Of a stretch of DNA of 64,000 nucleotides, positions 24,886 through 39,210 are shown piece by piece (position 1 is the first letter of the stretch; each line of letters starts with the position of its first letter). This DNA comes from Eledone cirrhosa (lineage: Eukaryota): positions 294,438,001 to 294,502,000 of the forward strand of contig OZ024741.1 in the NCBI GenBank assembly GCA_964016885.1, read 5' to 3'. Below the pieces are notes generated by a model. It had not been told where the DNA came from, searched no databases, and saw only the letters and a program-made list of their open reading frames with translations. The position numbers and the translations under genes were made by a program.

Positions 24886-25029
24886 TTAATTGATCACAAG
24901 AATATCTATTTTGTTAATATTTGAATTAATATTAATAACTCTGGAAAATATTTTTTTTTTGCTGTAGAGTGCTTCCAATCTATTGTAAAACTCATTCTTT
25001 GATGTACTCATTGAATCTTGTTTAACTCT

Positions 25030-25060
<31 letters not shown>

Positions 25061-25065
<5 letters not shown>

Positions 25066-25513
25066 ACTGGACCGAGACCTTTGGCGGTACTCAGTAACAG
25101 AGAAGACCCGCCTTACCTAAATACATAGTAAAACCTACTACAGCCAGTAGGCATCTCTAACAAAATACACCCCGTCCCACCACCCCCACCCCCACCCCAT
25201 CCACACCACCCTGTTCTATGTAAAGTTATGTTGGTGCCGCGCCATCCAGGCCGAAACAAATGAGATCGTGTAGGTGTCACGACAAAAAACCACACAGTCC
25301 ACGCTGTAATGTGGCCGTGTAGGCAACACGGTAAAAACCTCCCAGACCCACACTGTAAATGTGGTTGGTGTTAGGAAGGGCATCCAACTGTAGAAAATCT
25401 GCCAGACAGTCCTATGCGAGCAAGACAATGACTCTTGCCTCAAGTGGGACTACCCCTGTCCAAACCCATGCAAGCGTGGAACACGGACGTTAAACGTTGA
25501 TGATGATGATGAT
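25061..25513 (+). mobile_element. 5'-truncated RTE LINE 3' end
   Basis: Nearly identical to 4450-4898. Confidence 0.9.
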
Positions 25514-25734
25514 ATATAGCGGCGATGTATCTTTTTCTAGCAATATTAGGAAAACATGATCCTCCTCAAATAAAACAATATATATGTGAGGCCCAGGTTC
25601 AATCAGGGGTATCCATAGTAAATAAGGTACTCAATACATTAGTAGAGTGTATACAACAAAACACTTTTCCTGTTCATTTTATTTCGAATGAAACAGTTCT
25701 AGTCCTGTAGAAACCATTTCTATATTAAATTTTG

Positions 25735-25809
<75 letters not shown>

Positions 25810-25916
25810 ATCATAGCATTAAAATTACCCCTATCATGGATATACCTATGATAGTGATCTTCATGATGATGATAAATACAGATATAAATATGTTGTTTTT
25901 TTAACTAGTTTAATAT

Positions 25917-25968
<52 letters not shown>

Positions 25969-25969
25969 A

Positions 25970-26487
25970 TATGATGATGGCTGCCCCCTCGTTATCGAGT
26001 ATGGCCATTGCATGATATACCATTATTAATAATTATTAATTAATTCTATCATACAATGCCTGTGCGTGAAGATATTTTTTAAATTAAGGAAAGACTGTGC
26101 ACTGAGCATAATCCCACTCTCTGAGCGACAGTAACTATAACCCGAAAAGAAGAAAAGATCAACATCATCGGTAACTACTGAGCTACAGGTTTTATATTGG
26201 AGTTATCCCAGTTTCCTGAGTTGCCTTCTCCTAGAAGAATGCCCTGACAAAGGCTAGGGTCCTTCATTCCCAGTGGTTTAACCACGCGGTACATGTGTAT
26301 ATACATATTTACACACTTTTGGATGGCCATTGACTCTTATGAGCCCTTTATCAGGTTTTGTTTTTTGCTCTGCAGTGTGTCCAAAATGACCCTCCTCGCC
26401 AAGTAAACTTGGTGGGGTTGCCGGTTTAGTCGCCGACGACCCGACCATGCAATAGGTTGTACTGGGTTACATGTTACCAGTAGCACT
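25970..26487 (-). mobile_element. Non-autonomous RTE-derived element (5' leader joined to 3' tail)
   Basis: 5' leader shared with 12820-13065, a CTAGGAGAAGGCAACTC RTE-UTR-like motif, and a 3' CTCGATAACGAGGGGGCAGCCATCATCAT tail. No ORF. Confidence 0.5.
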
Positions 26488-26894
26488 CATGTATATATAC
26501 ATATATATATATATGTGTGTGTGTGTGCGTGTGTGTGTGTACACAGTGGGTAAACAAAACTGTGCCAATATGTATATAAATATACACATTTTTAATATGT
26601 AGAGATGTAAACATGCCGGAAAATATGAATTTTCTGTGTACATGTATGTGTGTGTATATGTGTGCACATGCACACACATGTACATATTCATTTATTTATG
26701 AATGTATGTGTGAGTGTTAATAATTGTTTTATATATTACCCTAGGTAATATATACACAACTTCCTATGGTCCTATAGATTATTGTCCATTCACCTTACCA
26801 ATCATATCTCAACTGTAAACTGAAATAAGAAACCTAAAAATATCTCTTCTTCATAAATGTATTGACTAGAACACAGCACTTAGTAAATATTTAT

Positions 26895-27340
26895 GTGTGT
26901 GTTTCTGTATGTATCTCTCAGTGTCTGCATGTATTTCAGTGTACCTGTGTGTGTCTATATGCCTGTATGTATCTGTATGTGCCTGTATGTATTTGTGTGT
27001 ATCTGTGTGTGCCTGTATGTATCTGTGTGTGCCTGTATGTATCTGTGTGTGCCTGTATGTATCTGTGTGTGCCTGTATGTATCTCTGTGTGCCTGTATGT
27101 ACCTCTGTGTGCATGTATGTATCTTTGTGTGCCTGTATGTACCTCTGTGTGCATGTGTGTATCTTTGGGTGCATCTCTGTATATCTGTGTGCATGTGTGT
27201 ATCTCTGTGTGCCTGTGTATATATTCACTGTCCTGTTTGTATCTCTGTGTATTTATGTGTCTCTGTGTGCAAGGATGTATGTACACTTGTGTGCATATGT
27301 GTAATTTTGTGTGTATGAAAGTATCTGTGTGTGCATCTCC
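26895..27340. repeat. 20-bp minisatellite (ATCTGTGTGTGCCTGTATGT)n
   Basis: Exact 20-bp period at 27001-27080, degenerating outward. Confidence 0.92.
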
Positions 27341-27855
27341 ACTTGTGGATAATATAGAAATTATTAGTTGAATGGTGGGTGAGAGAGGCAAGAATGGTCC
27401 GAGTCAATGGGCCTGCTCTGAGTATGTGCCTGTAAATTGGAGGAGAATATCTGAAAAAGGGCACTTGCCCTATCAGTCAAGCTTACCATGGCTTTTTGTG
27501 GGCTTTCTCGACAAGTGACCCTCGGAGGTAGCCTCACTTTGGGGGAATTTATTAAGTTTTGATTTTTAAATGTTTATTTTTTAGTCTTTATAAACCTTTC
27601 TCTAATACAAAAACCCCACATTGTACCATCCTGTACTGTCTTTATTGTCCTCTTAATGTAAGTCGTATGTGGTTAATAAAGAAGACATTATTTTTATTAT
27701 CATTATCTTTTTATTCTTATTCTTCTTCACCCACTTATTCCTGAGAGGGCCTTTGGGGCAAAGTCCTTAAACACTCCTTCCAGCAGATCCTGTCAGAAGC
27801 AACCATCTCCAACTGATCCGGCTGGATCCCTGAGTACAACCAGGTTTTCTGTTAT

Positions 27856-27904
<49 letters not shown>

Positions 27905-27984
27905 CTGTGTGTTCACTTCGCAAGCTTACTTCCCTAACCTTCTCACACTACTCATACATGTATCTATTCTCCCCTTATCTAAAC

Positions 27985-28020
27985 TTTCCTGATGAAGGAC
28001 TTCTGTCTGAAACGTTGAAA
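27985..28020 (+). ncRNA. Minimal hammerhead ribozyme motif, intact core (H1-related)
   Basis: TTTC-CTGATGA-AGGAC-TTCT-GTCT-GAAA-CG-TT-GAAA. An AACGTT palindrome stands in for stem III. Confidence 0.75.
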
Positions 28021-28139
28021 CCTCCAAACATGAATGTAATATAACTGTGTAAAATTGCCTTCTGTGTTTTGTTTGTTTCATATATATATATATATATATA
28101 TATATTTAAAAGAATAGAGGTGTAACATACGAGTTATGA

Positions 28140-29945
28140 TATATTGGTAAACGGAAAAGAAAATGCTGACAAATTGTTCCCAGTGAAAAATAGTTTAATT
28201 AGGAATAAGTAAAAATTAGTAATAGTATTGGTTAGTATTCAGTTTTGGTTTTAAGTTTTACCTGTTGCGCATTTCTAATGCTTTTCAAAAATAATTTTGA
28301 GATAGAGCGCCCGTGATGTTTGCTCTAATCTGATTAGTTTTGGAAATTCTACCTGTTTTATGTGAAAAAAGTGGCGATATCTAGATGACTGCTTCATCCT
28401 TTGGCACGAAAACATCGAGAAACTTAAAGAATTTCACACCCTTATAAATGGGCTCAACACGAATATTAACTTCACGATGGAATACAGCCATCAACAACTC
28501 CCCTTCCTCGACATCCTCATTAAGATCCATAACAAAAAATAGAAACAGACATATACTACAAGCCCACAGACTCCAAGCAATATCTTCCTTTCAACTCTTG
28601 CCACCCTAGACACGTTAAAATTAATATTCCCTACAACTTAGCCAAGAGAATCTGTACTATAGTCTCCAATAAAAACACCTGCTACTTACGGCTACAAGAA
28701 CTAAAGGACACACTCATAGGCAGGGACTACCCTGCATCACTAATTGACAATGGAATCCAACGTGTCCTAAAACTCAGTACCCAGGACCTTAGACACTCTA
28801 AAGTAAATCAACCGAAACTAAAAGCTCTTCCATACATCTCCACACACAACCCCCTCAACAATGAGGCCTTTGACACCATTCCCCAGAACATCCCTGTGTT
28901 GAAAAAGGACCATAGAATGAACCAAATCCTACGAACACACGATATCATAAAGAGCAGAAGACAATATAAGTCAATGAAAACCATCCTAACACATGCCAAA
29001 GTACTGCCAACCACAACAACGAAACCCACAGTAAAAAAAATGCGATAGGCCCAACTGTGGCATATGCATCAACCTAATAGAGGGTTCGGAATTCTATTTC
29101 AAAGAAGGACAACGTTTTATAGTAAAACACAATTTCACATGCGCATCAGAAAATCTAATATATGTATTAACTTGCTCAGGTTGTCGAGAACAATACATAG
29201 GCCAGACCAATAACAGCCTCTGCCAACGCATGACTGTCCATAGATCCCAAATTAAAATACGGGAATACAGGAAAATACCACTGAGTGAACACATTGATAC
29301 CTGTGCCGCCCAAAATCATCCCAACTTCAGAATCTTTCCCCTCTACAAATTTAAAGATAATGCCACCCACACCCAGCGCATCAGCAAAGAATCTCACTTT
29401 ATTAACAAATACGGACCCCATCTAAACACTTCTCCCTAAGACGAACCCACAACATACACACGTCAACATACATACCTACATCAGCTTACATCTCTACCCA
29501 CATATAAACACAATGACATACGTAAACACACATGTTCTATGGTGCAACACAAATATACACAAATTTGCATACCTTTTGATGTCTATAGATATAAACGTGC
29601 CGACACACACACATACATAAACGCACACATGCATTGCACACTGATGGGCGCATAAATATTTGTACACAAGTATTCCAATACGGCAAGGCCTAATGGATTC
29701 CCCTTGCAGTACGTACAATCTGGACACTCATACACACCTTGGTATTATGCCAATACTATATATCATTTCACACCTCTTAGAATCGTTTTTACTGAAAATA
29801 TCGTATAATGTACACCATTTTTACCAGTATCACAAAAATACTGGTCCACCCACACACACACATTCTCACACACACACATATATACACACACACATACATA
29901 TATATACACACACCCATACACACGCGTACATTAACATACAAAGAA

Positions 29946-29983
<38 letters not shown>

Positions 29984-30625
29984 CTCCGTATAAGACAAGA
30001 GCTGAAAAGTATCTTTTAACATGTTAAAATATCCCTCACACACGTACACACACATTCCTACTGACCATCCCTCTATCACGAATTACTCTGCTACACACAC
30101 ACACACACTTGTCTTAATAGGCATTTGAACTGTCAACAGGCTGCGGTTCGCACACACATCCCTGCTGACCATTATCACAACAACGCACCTCTTTACTACT
30201 ACTACTACACACACACACACATAATGTTTTGAAAGACTTATTTTTCAGTGACATCTCAATCAGCCAGCACAAACCTACATTTGGCGCAAAATCAATTTTT
30301 AACATTCACATGACCTCTACCGACCAATCAAAATTGTTTTGACCACAAGAATTTTTGCAACACCAATATGCGCGAAACTTATTTTAATACATCTGGAGCC
30401 ACTTTTTTCACATAAAACAGGTAGAATTTCCAAAACTAATCAGATTAGAGCAAACATCACGGGCGCTCTATCTCAAAATTATTTTTGAAAAGCATTAGAA
30501 ATGCGCAACCGGTAAAACTTAAAACCAAAACTGAATACTAACCAATACTATTACTAATTTTTACTTATTCCTAATTAAACTATTTTTCACTGGGAACAAT
30601 TTGTCAGCATTTTCTTTTCCGTTTA

Positions 30626-30631
<6 letters not shown>
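28140..30631 (+). mobile_element. 5'-truncated Penelope-like element with an inverted copy of its 3' end (about 235 bp) at the 5' side
   Basis: 28140-28375 is the near-perfect reverse complement of 30398-30631. The interior encodes RT and GIY-YIG domains. Confidence 0.92.
28372..29439 (+). pseudogene. PLE RT (YLDD onward), Cys-rich linker and GIY-YIG endonuclease, frameshifted
   Basis: WRYLDDCF...LPFLD...YYKPTDSKQYLPFNSCHP...CDRPNCGIC...FTCASENLIYVLTCSGCREQYIGQT...HLN, read manually. Confidence 0.9.
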
Positions 30632-30659
<28 letters not shown>

Positions 30660-30737
30660 CAAGCATCGAGTACTCTGGTGATTAATGGTCTAACTGGTTT
30701 TTACCGTCACTATTCTGATATATATATATATATAAAT

Positions 30738-30776
<39 letters not shown>

Positions 30777-30876
30777 AGGATTAGAATACTGGAGCGTGTT
30801 GGAGTTAAACACCCTTTTCGTATTATAGAAATGACAGTAAAAGGTATAGCTCAATGCAGTTAAACAGAGCCAAAAA

Positions 30877-30975
30877 ATTAAGAGAGTAAAACAAAGAATC
30901 CTTTAATACATCAAAAGTTGTCGGCTAATAAAAACTTTTGATGTATTAAAGGATTCTTTGTTTTACTCTCTTAAT
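30877..30975. repeat. Perfect 43-bp inverted repeat with 13-nt spacer
   Basis: ATTAAGAGAGTAAAACAAAGAATCCTTTAATACATCAAAAGTT and its reverse complement. Confidence 0.9.
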
Positions 30976-30995
30976 ATATATATATATATATAAAA

Positions 30996-31446
<451 letters not shown>

Positions 31447-32289
31447 ATATATATATATATTGAGCTCACAATGTTGAGGGTGTGAGTTTGATTCCTGGAC
31501 CAGGTGATGTGTTGTTTTCTTGAGAAAGACACTTCTCTTCATGTTGCTCCAGTTCATTCAGCTGTAGAAATGAGTTGTGATGTCACTGGTGCCAAACTGT
31601 CTCGGCTTTTACCTTTCCCTTGAACAATATTGATGACGTGGAGAGGAGAAACTGGTATGCTGGTCTTTCACAAAAAACACCTTGCCTGGACTTGTGCCTC
31701 AGAAGAGAAACTTTCTAGATGCAAATTCCATGGTCATTTGTGACTGCAGGAGTTCTTTATATCATCATCATCACTGTTTAACACCCATTTTTTCCATACT
31801 GGCATGGGTTAGATGAGTTGTCCCATTGTCAGATAAGACAGATCAGATAACCGTGTCTTGCTACATATATAATATCCTAATCACCATTTTTTTGTGCATT
31901 TTCCATGCTGGCATGGGTTGGTAGATTGTCAGAGTTCAAGAGTTGGCAAGTCAGATGACCATGTCCTCCTGAAATATTCTATTTTTACAGGATTGATATG
32001 GCAGTATGCCCTTCCTAATGTCATCCACATTACAGTGCTTAGTAGCGGTACTTTATCATGAAACCAACACTACCACCTTACAGAGTGGGGTGGGAATAAT
32101 ATTCTGGTACCTGCGCTACTATTTTACAGAATGGGTTGGGTTCATATTATAGTGGCACCTGTAATGTCACTTACACAATGTACTGGGTTCATTTTATTTA
32201 ATCTTTTTTTTTATTGGTTTCAGTAATTGGATTGTAGCCAAGTTGAGGCATCACTTTAAAGGACTTAAGTCAATCATATCAACCACAGT

Positions 32290-32415
<126 letters not shown>

Positions 32416-32589
32416 TAATGTCTTCAGGTAGTTGAACTTGGTCAAATTTGTCCAGCTTGTTATCACAACACTTATGATCCTATAGAGTATTCATGTCTGT
32501 AGAGCTAGACAATGGAGGGTTTTTTTTCTAGACAGCTGGCCCTTAACTTTACAACAATATCTTGCAAAACATATTTTACCAAATTCTAT

Positions 32590-32807
32590 AAATAATTATT
32601 TCTCCTTTATGAACAATGCCAACAATTTGGGATAGGGGAATGTTGATTAAATTGACTTCAGTAGTTGGCTGGAACTTTATTATATTAATCCCAGAAGAAT
32701 GAAAGGCAAACTCAACTTCAGTGGGATTTCAACTCAATATGAAAAGTGTTAGAAATAAGATATCATTGGTTCTGATGCTCTAATGATTCTGCCAATTCAC
32801 TGCCCAC

Positions 32808-32843
<36 letters not shown>

Positions 32844-33199
32844 GTTTTTAATTCAGGCCAAAGGCTACCAATTAAGTAGTTGGGTAGTTGGTTAAATTGA
32901 TCAAAGTCCCTCATTGGTATTTTATTTTATCAACCTCAGAAAGATTTTTTTTTTAAAGCAGTGGGGGTGGGTGTCATCCTCTGCAAGATTTGAACTCAGA
33001 ACATAAAGAATTGTAACTAAATACCACAAGGCATTTTGCCTGACACTCTAATAATTCTGCCAATTCCTCAACCACACAAACCACATCCATTTCTTCACAA
33101 CTTTGTAACTCTGGGATATCTTATTTCTTTTAAAAACACCCCTTCCAGTGTTACTGTTGTTGATTGAAGAATTTATACCAAAGAATTCCCCTCTCCCCA

Positions 33200-33277
<78 letters not shown>

Positions 33278-34034
33278 CCATCCATACACATAGAATTTTA
33301 CCTTTTTGAAAACTTCCTTCCTTGATAACAAGACAGTTTCTCATGTTAAGAAAAATAAACCTCTGCCAAACATCATGTAATAAAACTCTTGGTGTATCTG
33401 TGGATAATATTTCTTCTTTTAATGTTAGTCATAATAAATTGCAGGCTTTAGAAAATATCAGAATATAGTATGTGTATGTGTGTTTTGTGCATGTTTGTGT
33501 ATGCGTATTGTGTGTACGTTTATATTTTGGGTGAGTTTTGTCTGTTTTGTGTGTGCGTATTGTGTGTACATATGTAAGCTGGGTATGGAAATGAATGTAT
33601 ATACATATAATCTATACATTTCGATATCTCAAAGTCAATAGCAATGACTTCATACACCCCCACCCTCCATGAAAAAAAAAAACAAAGCACTAAAACATAA
33701 AGGCATTACTGTGCTCCCAGCAATTTAGGTGGAACAGAAAGTTGATTATATGATCATGTACTGGTACATGACAGGTACTTTATTTCATTGACACCAAAAT
33801 GATGAAAAGCATAGTTGACCTTTGCATGGTTTGAACTCAGAATATATAAAGCCAGAACAATTCATTTATAGGAGTAAATTTTGCAGTATTTTGCAGTATT
33901 TGTTCCAGCTCTCTGTTCTTTGAGTTCAAATCCCATTGAGGTGAACTTTGCCTTTCATCCATTCAAGGTTTATAAAAAAAAGTACCAGTCTAATACTGGG
34001 TCGATTCTTCCTCTGTGTCTGTTTTTCTTTTCCA

Positions 34035-34065
<31 letters not shown>

Positions 34066-34490
34066 CTTCTCTGGAAAGAATTTGCTGTATTCAGGTATGG
34101 AAAGAAGATGGGCTCTGCCAGGTTTAAAAATGCCATATATCAATGTGGTGTCCCTACAATTCCCACAGGAGTTACGAGACCATACATACAATGGTTACAA
34201 ATTTAAGCACAAGGCCAACAATTTTGGGGAGGGTAAAGACGATTATATTGACACCAGTTCTTACTGGTACTCTATTTTATTGCCCCAGGAAGGATGAGAT
34301 GCAAAGTTGAGCTCAATAGGATTTGAATTCTGAACATAAAGAAGCAGAACAAATGCTGAAAATAATTTTGTGTGATGCTTTAATGATTCTGCTAATCCAC
34401 CATCTTGGCAGGTTTTGAGCTCAGATTGCAGAACTAGAACTTATACTGTGAGGAATTTAACCTGATGCTCTAACAACTCTGCTAATTCAC
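32590..34490. mobile_element. Cluster of old SINE family A relics in both orientations
   Basis: Repeated degenerate GGATGAAAGGCAAAGT..GGATTTGAACTCAG motifs. Confidence 0.65.
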
Positions 34491-34544
34491 CCCATATATA
34501 AGAGTACAATAATAAAAGACATAAAATAGATAATATATATGATA

Positions 34545-34770
34545 TACAGATTATGCGCATGTATGTTTTTTTCTAAATTTGCCCTTTCCTTCCTCTCAGC
34601 ACTCTTTACTTTCTATTTATCTTTTATTTCTAACTGTCTTCTGATGAAGCACTAGTGTCCAAAACATTAAGACCCTCTACCTAATATGCCAAGCGTTAAA
34701 CTAATATATTTCTTCCATGTACTGTGCCATTTGTTTTGTTACTTTTGTTATTACTTTTACATAACACACA
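34545..34770 (+). mobile_element. Hammerhead-bearing repeat H1 copy
   Basis: GTCTT-CTGATGA-AGCACTAGTGTCC-AAAA-CATT-AAGAC, a core with CpG-type decay. Confidence 0.7.
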
Positions 34771-34846
34771 CACACATATATATATATATATAATAAGCAT
34801 AGAAGTGAAACACATGATGTTATTTTTCTGGTGATTGTGTATTTTC

Positions 34847-35035
34847 TAATAATTGTTTCTACGTTAGGCACAAGGCCAGCAATTACCCAGTGCATTACTG
34901 GTACTTTATTTTATCGACCCTTAAGGATGAAAGCCAAAGTCAACCTCGGCGGGATTTGAACTCAGATCGTAAAGGGACGTAACTATGCTGGAAAGCATGG
35001 TGTTCGAGCCTCTACCGATACTGCCAATCCACCGC
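34847..35035 (-). mobile_element. SINE family A copy
   Basis: Homologous to 2446-2632. Confidence 0.85.
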
Positions 35036-35347
35036 CCTTGTATTTTCTAATAATGTAATATAGATTGTATGTAAATAAAAACAAAAATAAACATATATCT
35101 TTGACATTTATTTGTGTCAGATGACAAAATCGGATGTCAATAAATAAAAAAAACAGGTAAATATTAATGTGACTTGAAAAATCTGTTTCAAGATTGTGCG
35201 GGTATAATGTGTGTGGATGTATGTGTGTGGGTGTATGCATATGGGAGTGTGTATATATATATATATATATATACACACTTATATATTCGATATATATTTA
35301 TCCTTATCGAGCCCTCTTTGGATTTTAGTCTTCAAATTTATTATTAT

Positions 35348-35390
<43 letters not shown>

Positions 35391-35803
35391 TATATATATA
35401 CATACATATTCATCCACATATATATTAGGATTGAACAAGTATTAAACCAGTTAGACCATTATTCATCAGAGTACTCAATACTTGAGATAGTAGAGTATGA
35501 TTATATATATATATATATATATATCAAATTTGGTCGTTGTGGAAGCCTCAACAATGCAGATGGGTAAATCTCCGGGTAACAGAATCTGGTGGTGAAGAGA
35601 GAGATGTAAGAGGAAATGGAGAATGAGATGTATAGTGTGTAGGGAACGTACGAAAGAGCGTAAAAAATAAAAATATTAACATGAGATAACCTTGGGAGAG
35701 ATTTAATTGTCCCTATATTTCGGATTTTGCATCCATAAACTGGGGGGGTTTTCCGAGGGAAAAGTTATCTGTCAGAGAGGAACGGTACGTGGCCTCTGTT
35801 GTC

Positions 35804-35925
<122 letters not shown>

Positions 35926-37299
35926 TGAATAAAAATACCAGGATTAAATTACATTAAATTAATTAATTGATTTGCCAACGTTTCAATCAATTCCATAGGA
36001 AAATACATTCTACTGAATTGATTTCTTCAGAATCTATTTAACAACATAAAAAGCAATTATTTACTAAGCAAATGTCAGAACATCTCAATTCTGAAAATGT
36101 AAATAAATTTAAAATACAGTTGGGAAAATGTTAAAACATTATGGAAGACTAAACACACAATAAACCCTTTCACTCTTTCTTTCACAAAATCCTTAAAGCT
36201 GATTAATTATACCCCTTTACATTTCAGTTAATTTTTGTTCCCTCTTAACATATAGAATAGTCATCTCATAGATCCTTTATACCCTGCCTATAGATTAATC
36301 TATATTATAAAATGTAGTTTGTTATGCATCTTAAACCTATATAATTGAACTGAAGTTGTATTTCATAGTTTCATATGATTACCTATGTGAAGTCTATATG
36401 TATGTATATAATTATCTGTGTATGTGTGTATCCGTAAATAAATATATGTATGTAAATGTATGTATCTATGTAGGTACATGTATGTGTATATATATATATG
36501 TGTGTGTGTGTGTATGTGTGTATATATATGTGTGTGTGTATTGGTATGTAGGGGTGTATGGGTGTATATATACATATATGTGGTTATAGATATATATGTA
36601 CATATGAAATTACCGTAAAATTGCTGTCCTCTACTATTGGGGAACTTGTGCTTGTTGACATTTGTTATTGTTTTGTATATTTATTACAATTTATATTTTT
36701 ATTTCTACTGTTTACTCTTCAGTATATATTGTCCCCAATGTCTTTGGCTCTTTAGGCCAATTAAATCATACTGAGGTCAGCTTTGCTTCTCATCCTTACA
36801 GGGTCAATAAAATAAAGTACCCGTAATGCACTGATGTTGATTTTATCGACTTTCCCCTTCCCCAAAATTGTTGGCCTTGTGTCTTATTCAGAAATCATTA
36901 GTATCATTATTAAAATGAGGATAGTGGATTATTAGTATTGGTAGAGCATCGATTAAAATGCTTTATTCTGAATTCAAATCCCATCAATGTAATCTTTGCC
37001 TTTCTTTTTTCTGGAATTGATAAAATAAAGTAGCAGTTGAATTCTGAGATTGACTTCCTCTTTCTTCCAAATTGCTGGTCTTGTGCCAATACTAGAAAGA
37101 ATTATTAATATTAAAGGATGATAATTATTCTGGCATTTTAAATTCTGAGTTCAAATCCTACCAAGATCAACTTTCCCTTTCATCCTTTCAGGATCAATAA
37201 AATGAAGTACCAGTCCAGGGCAATGAATTAGTGAAATTGTTATAGCATTGAATGAAATGCTTTGTAATATCTGTTCTGAGGGTTCATATTCCACCTAGG

Positions 37300-37740
37300 G
37301 TTTCTAATATGCTTTCAATGCTCCTATATGGGTGCAAAACATGTGAACAATTAAACAAGAGAACCAATTAAATGATTTTGATACCTAATGCCTATGGTAA
37401 ATCCTTGGCATCAGGTGGGATGACTTCATCATCAACAATGAAGTCCATCAACGAACCTACCAACGTGTGTCTAACATATGCAAACTGTTGACTTGGCTGG
37501 TTGGGACACATCACGTGACTTCCAAGTGAGAGACATGCTAATCATGCCATGAACTGGTACCCTCATGGAAAGAGGTGAAGAGGACATTCCAAGATAAACT
37601 GGCAGTAGACAATTGTCAAAGACCTGAAACCAATCAACAAAAGTTGGAACGATATATTCATAGATGCAACTGACAGTAATTATTGGAGCACTATGGCTGC
37701 CTCATGCATCTCAAGATGCTGTAGTTTCAAAGTCTAAGTA
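37300..37740 (+). mobile_element. Old RTE-like LINE C-terminal relic
   Basis: WLGHI...AMNWYPHGKR.RGHSKINW...KDLK...SW relic. Confidence 0.6.
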
Positions 37741-38067
37741 AGTCTTAAATGCCACTGATAACCAGGAAAAATCACTCAACTGATGATGAAGGTGGAAAAG
37801 AATTGTGGCCCTTTGATTCTACTGACAAATGATGATGATTCCAAAATAACCAATTTATTTTTATAATGAAAGAATCAAGGGCCGTATATAAGACATTAAG
37901 ATCAGATCAGGTTGAATTCAGTTCCAAGAAGAATTTTGTATTTTGAAATGCTGTAACATATGAAGAATCTAATCTTTAGGTTTATCATTATTGTTGTTAT
38001 TATCAGTTTTGGTAGAATGACAGACATGCTTTGTAGCATATAGTCACGTCCTTTTATGTTCTGATTT

Positions 38068-38350
38068 TCCTTAAGGGTCGATAAAATAAAGTACCAGTAA
38101 TACACAGGGATAATTGCTGGCCTTGTGCCAAAAGTAGAAACAATTATTTTAATTATTGAATGGTGGATCGGCAGTATCGGTAGAGTTGGACACCATACTT
38201 TGCAGCATAGAGTTACAGTTCTATATGGTCTGAGTTCAAATCCTGCTAAGGTTAACTTTGCCTTTCATCCTTACAGGGATTATAAAATAATGTACCAGTA
38301 ATACACTGGAATAATTGCTGGCCTTGTGCCAAAAGTAAAAACAATTATTA
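38068..38350 (+). mobile_element. Tandem SINE family A copies (partial plus full)
   Basis: Two successive 3' ends and one A/B-box head. Confidence 0.8.
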
Positions 38351-38766
38351 TAATTATTGTTGTTGTTGTTTATCTGGGGCAGAAAGGGCACTACCAAAGA
38401 CTCTTGATTTGTTTTTTTATTTTTTTCAATCCCTTTGAAACTGGTGGTAGGAACGTGGAAGCAGTGATTAAAAATGTGCTTTTAGGAACTAGAGATATGC
38501 TAAGAACTTTAAGGCTTAGACATACATAGAGTAGAGTAAACTTTGAAAAGAGTCATGGCCACATATTTGCCTTCCCATACTGAATAAACAATGAAAAACC
38601 AAAAGACCAATAAATCAACCATTTCTTCCCCTGTCATACAAGCATTTTGGCTATGTACCAAGTGGAAATCAATTAGTACATTAAGGCATTTACATTAAAC
38701 AAGTTATTCCCAAGAATAGCTCTTGCATATATGCATGCACACACACACACACACACACATGTATAC

Positions 38767-38803
<37 letters not shown>

Positions 38804-38861
38804 AGAGAGTATGTGTGTGTTGTTGTGCATGTATATATATATATATTTACATATATGTGTG

Positions 38862-38925
<64 letters not shown>

Positions 38926-38974
38926 TACCTCACTTCCTAAACCTCTCTAATGTGTAAGATACCCCTTGACAAGC

Positions 38975-39210
38975 AAATCTCCAAAATGGCTGAATGAATG
39001 TGTATTTTGTTCCCCTTTTTTCCTCTTTTATTTCCCCTGTCCCCTCCTCTTCTCTCTCTTTATCTTCTTGTGTCATCTTTTATTTTTCATTCTATGTTCT
39101 GATGAAGGACTACTGTCCAAAACGTTTACACTCTTTTCCTATTTCAAGCATTAAACTAATATAATTCTTTATTGTACTGTGTTATTTACATTTTTATTTC
39201 TGTTTACCTT
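38975..39210 (+). mobile_element. Hammerhead-bearing repeat H1 copy
   Basis: CTGATGA-AGGAC-TACT-GTCC-AAAA-CGTT at 39099-39126. Confidence 0.72.

Larger units (their letters stand above)
24564..24932. repeat. Long near-perfect palindrome carrying two opposed hammerhead motifs
   Basis: Reverse-complementary arms, with a tandem duplication of about 23 bp near the centre. Confidence 0.9.

Noticed and set aside
26862-27391. Overlapping long Cys/Val- and His/Thr-rich ORFs
   Set aside because: They arise from a 20-bp minisatellite.
28140-30631. DNA transposon with 235-bp terminal inverted repeats
   Set aside because: The interior encodes PLE RT and GIY-YIG rather than a transposase, and the right repeat is continuous with the element's 3' region.
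35455-35475. CTGATGA on the minus strand in a P2 fragment
   Set aside because: Other P2 copies read CTGGTG or CTGCTG here, and there is no stem II or GAAA.
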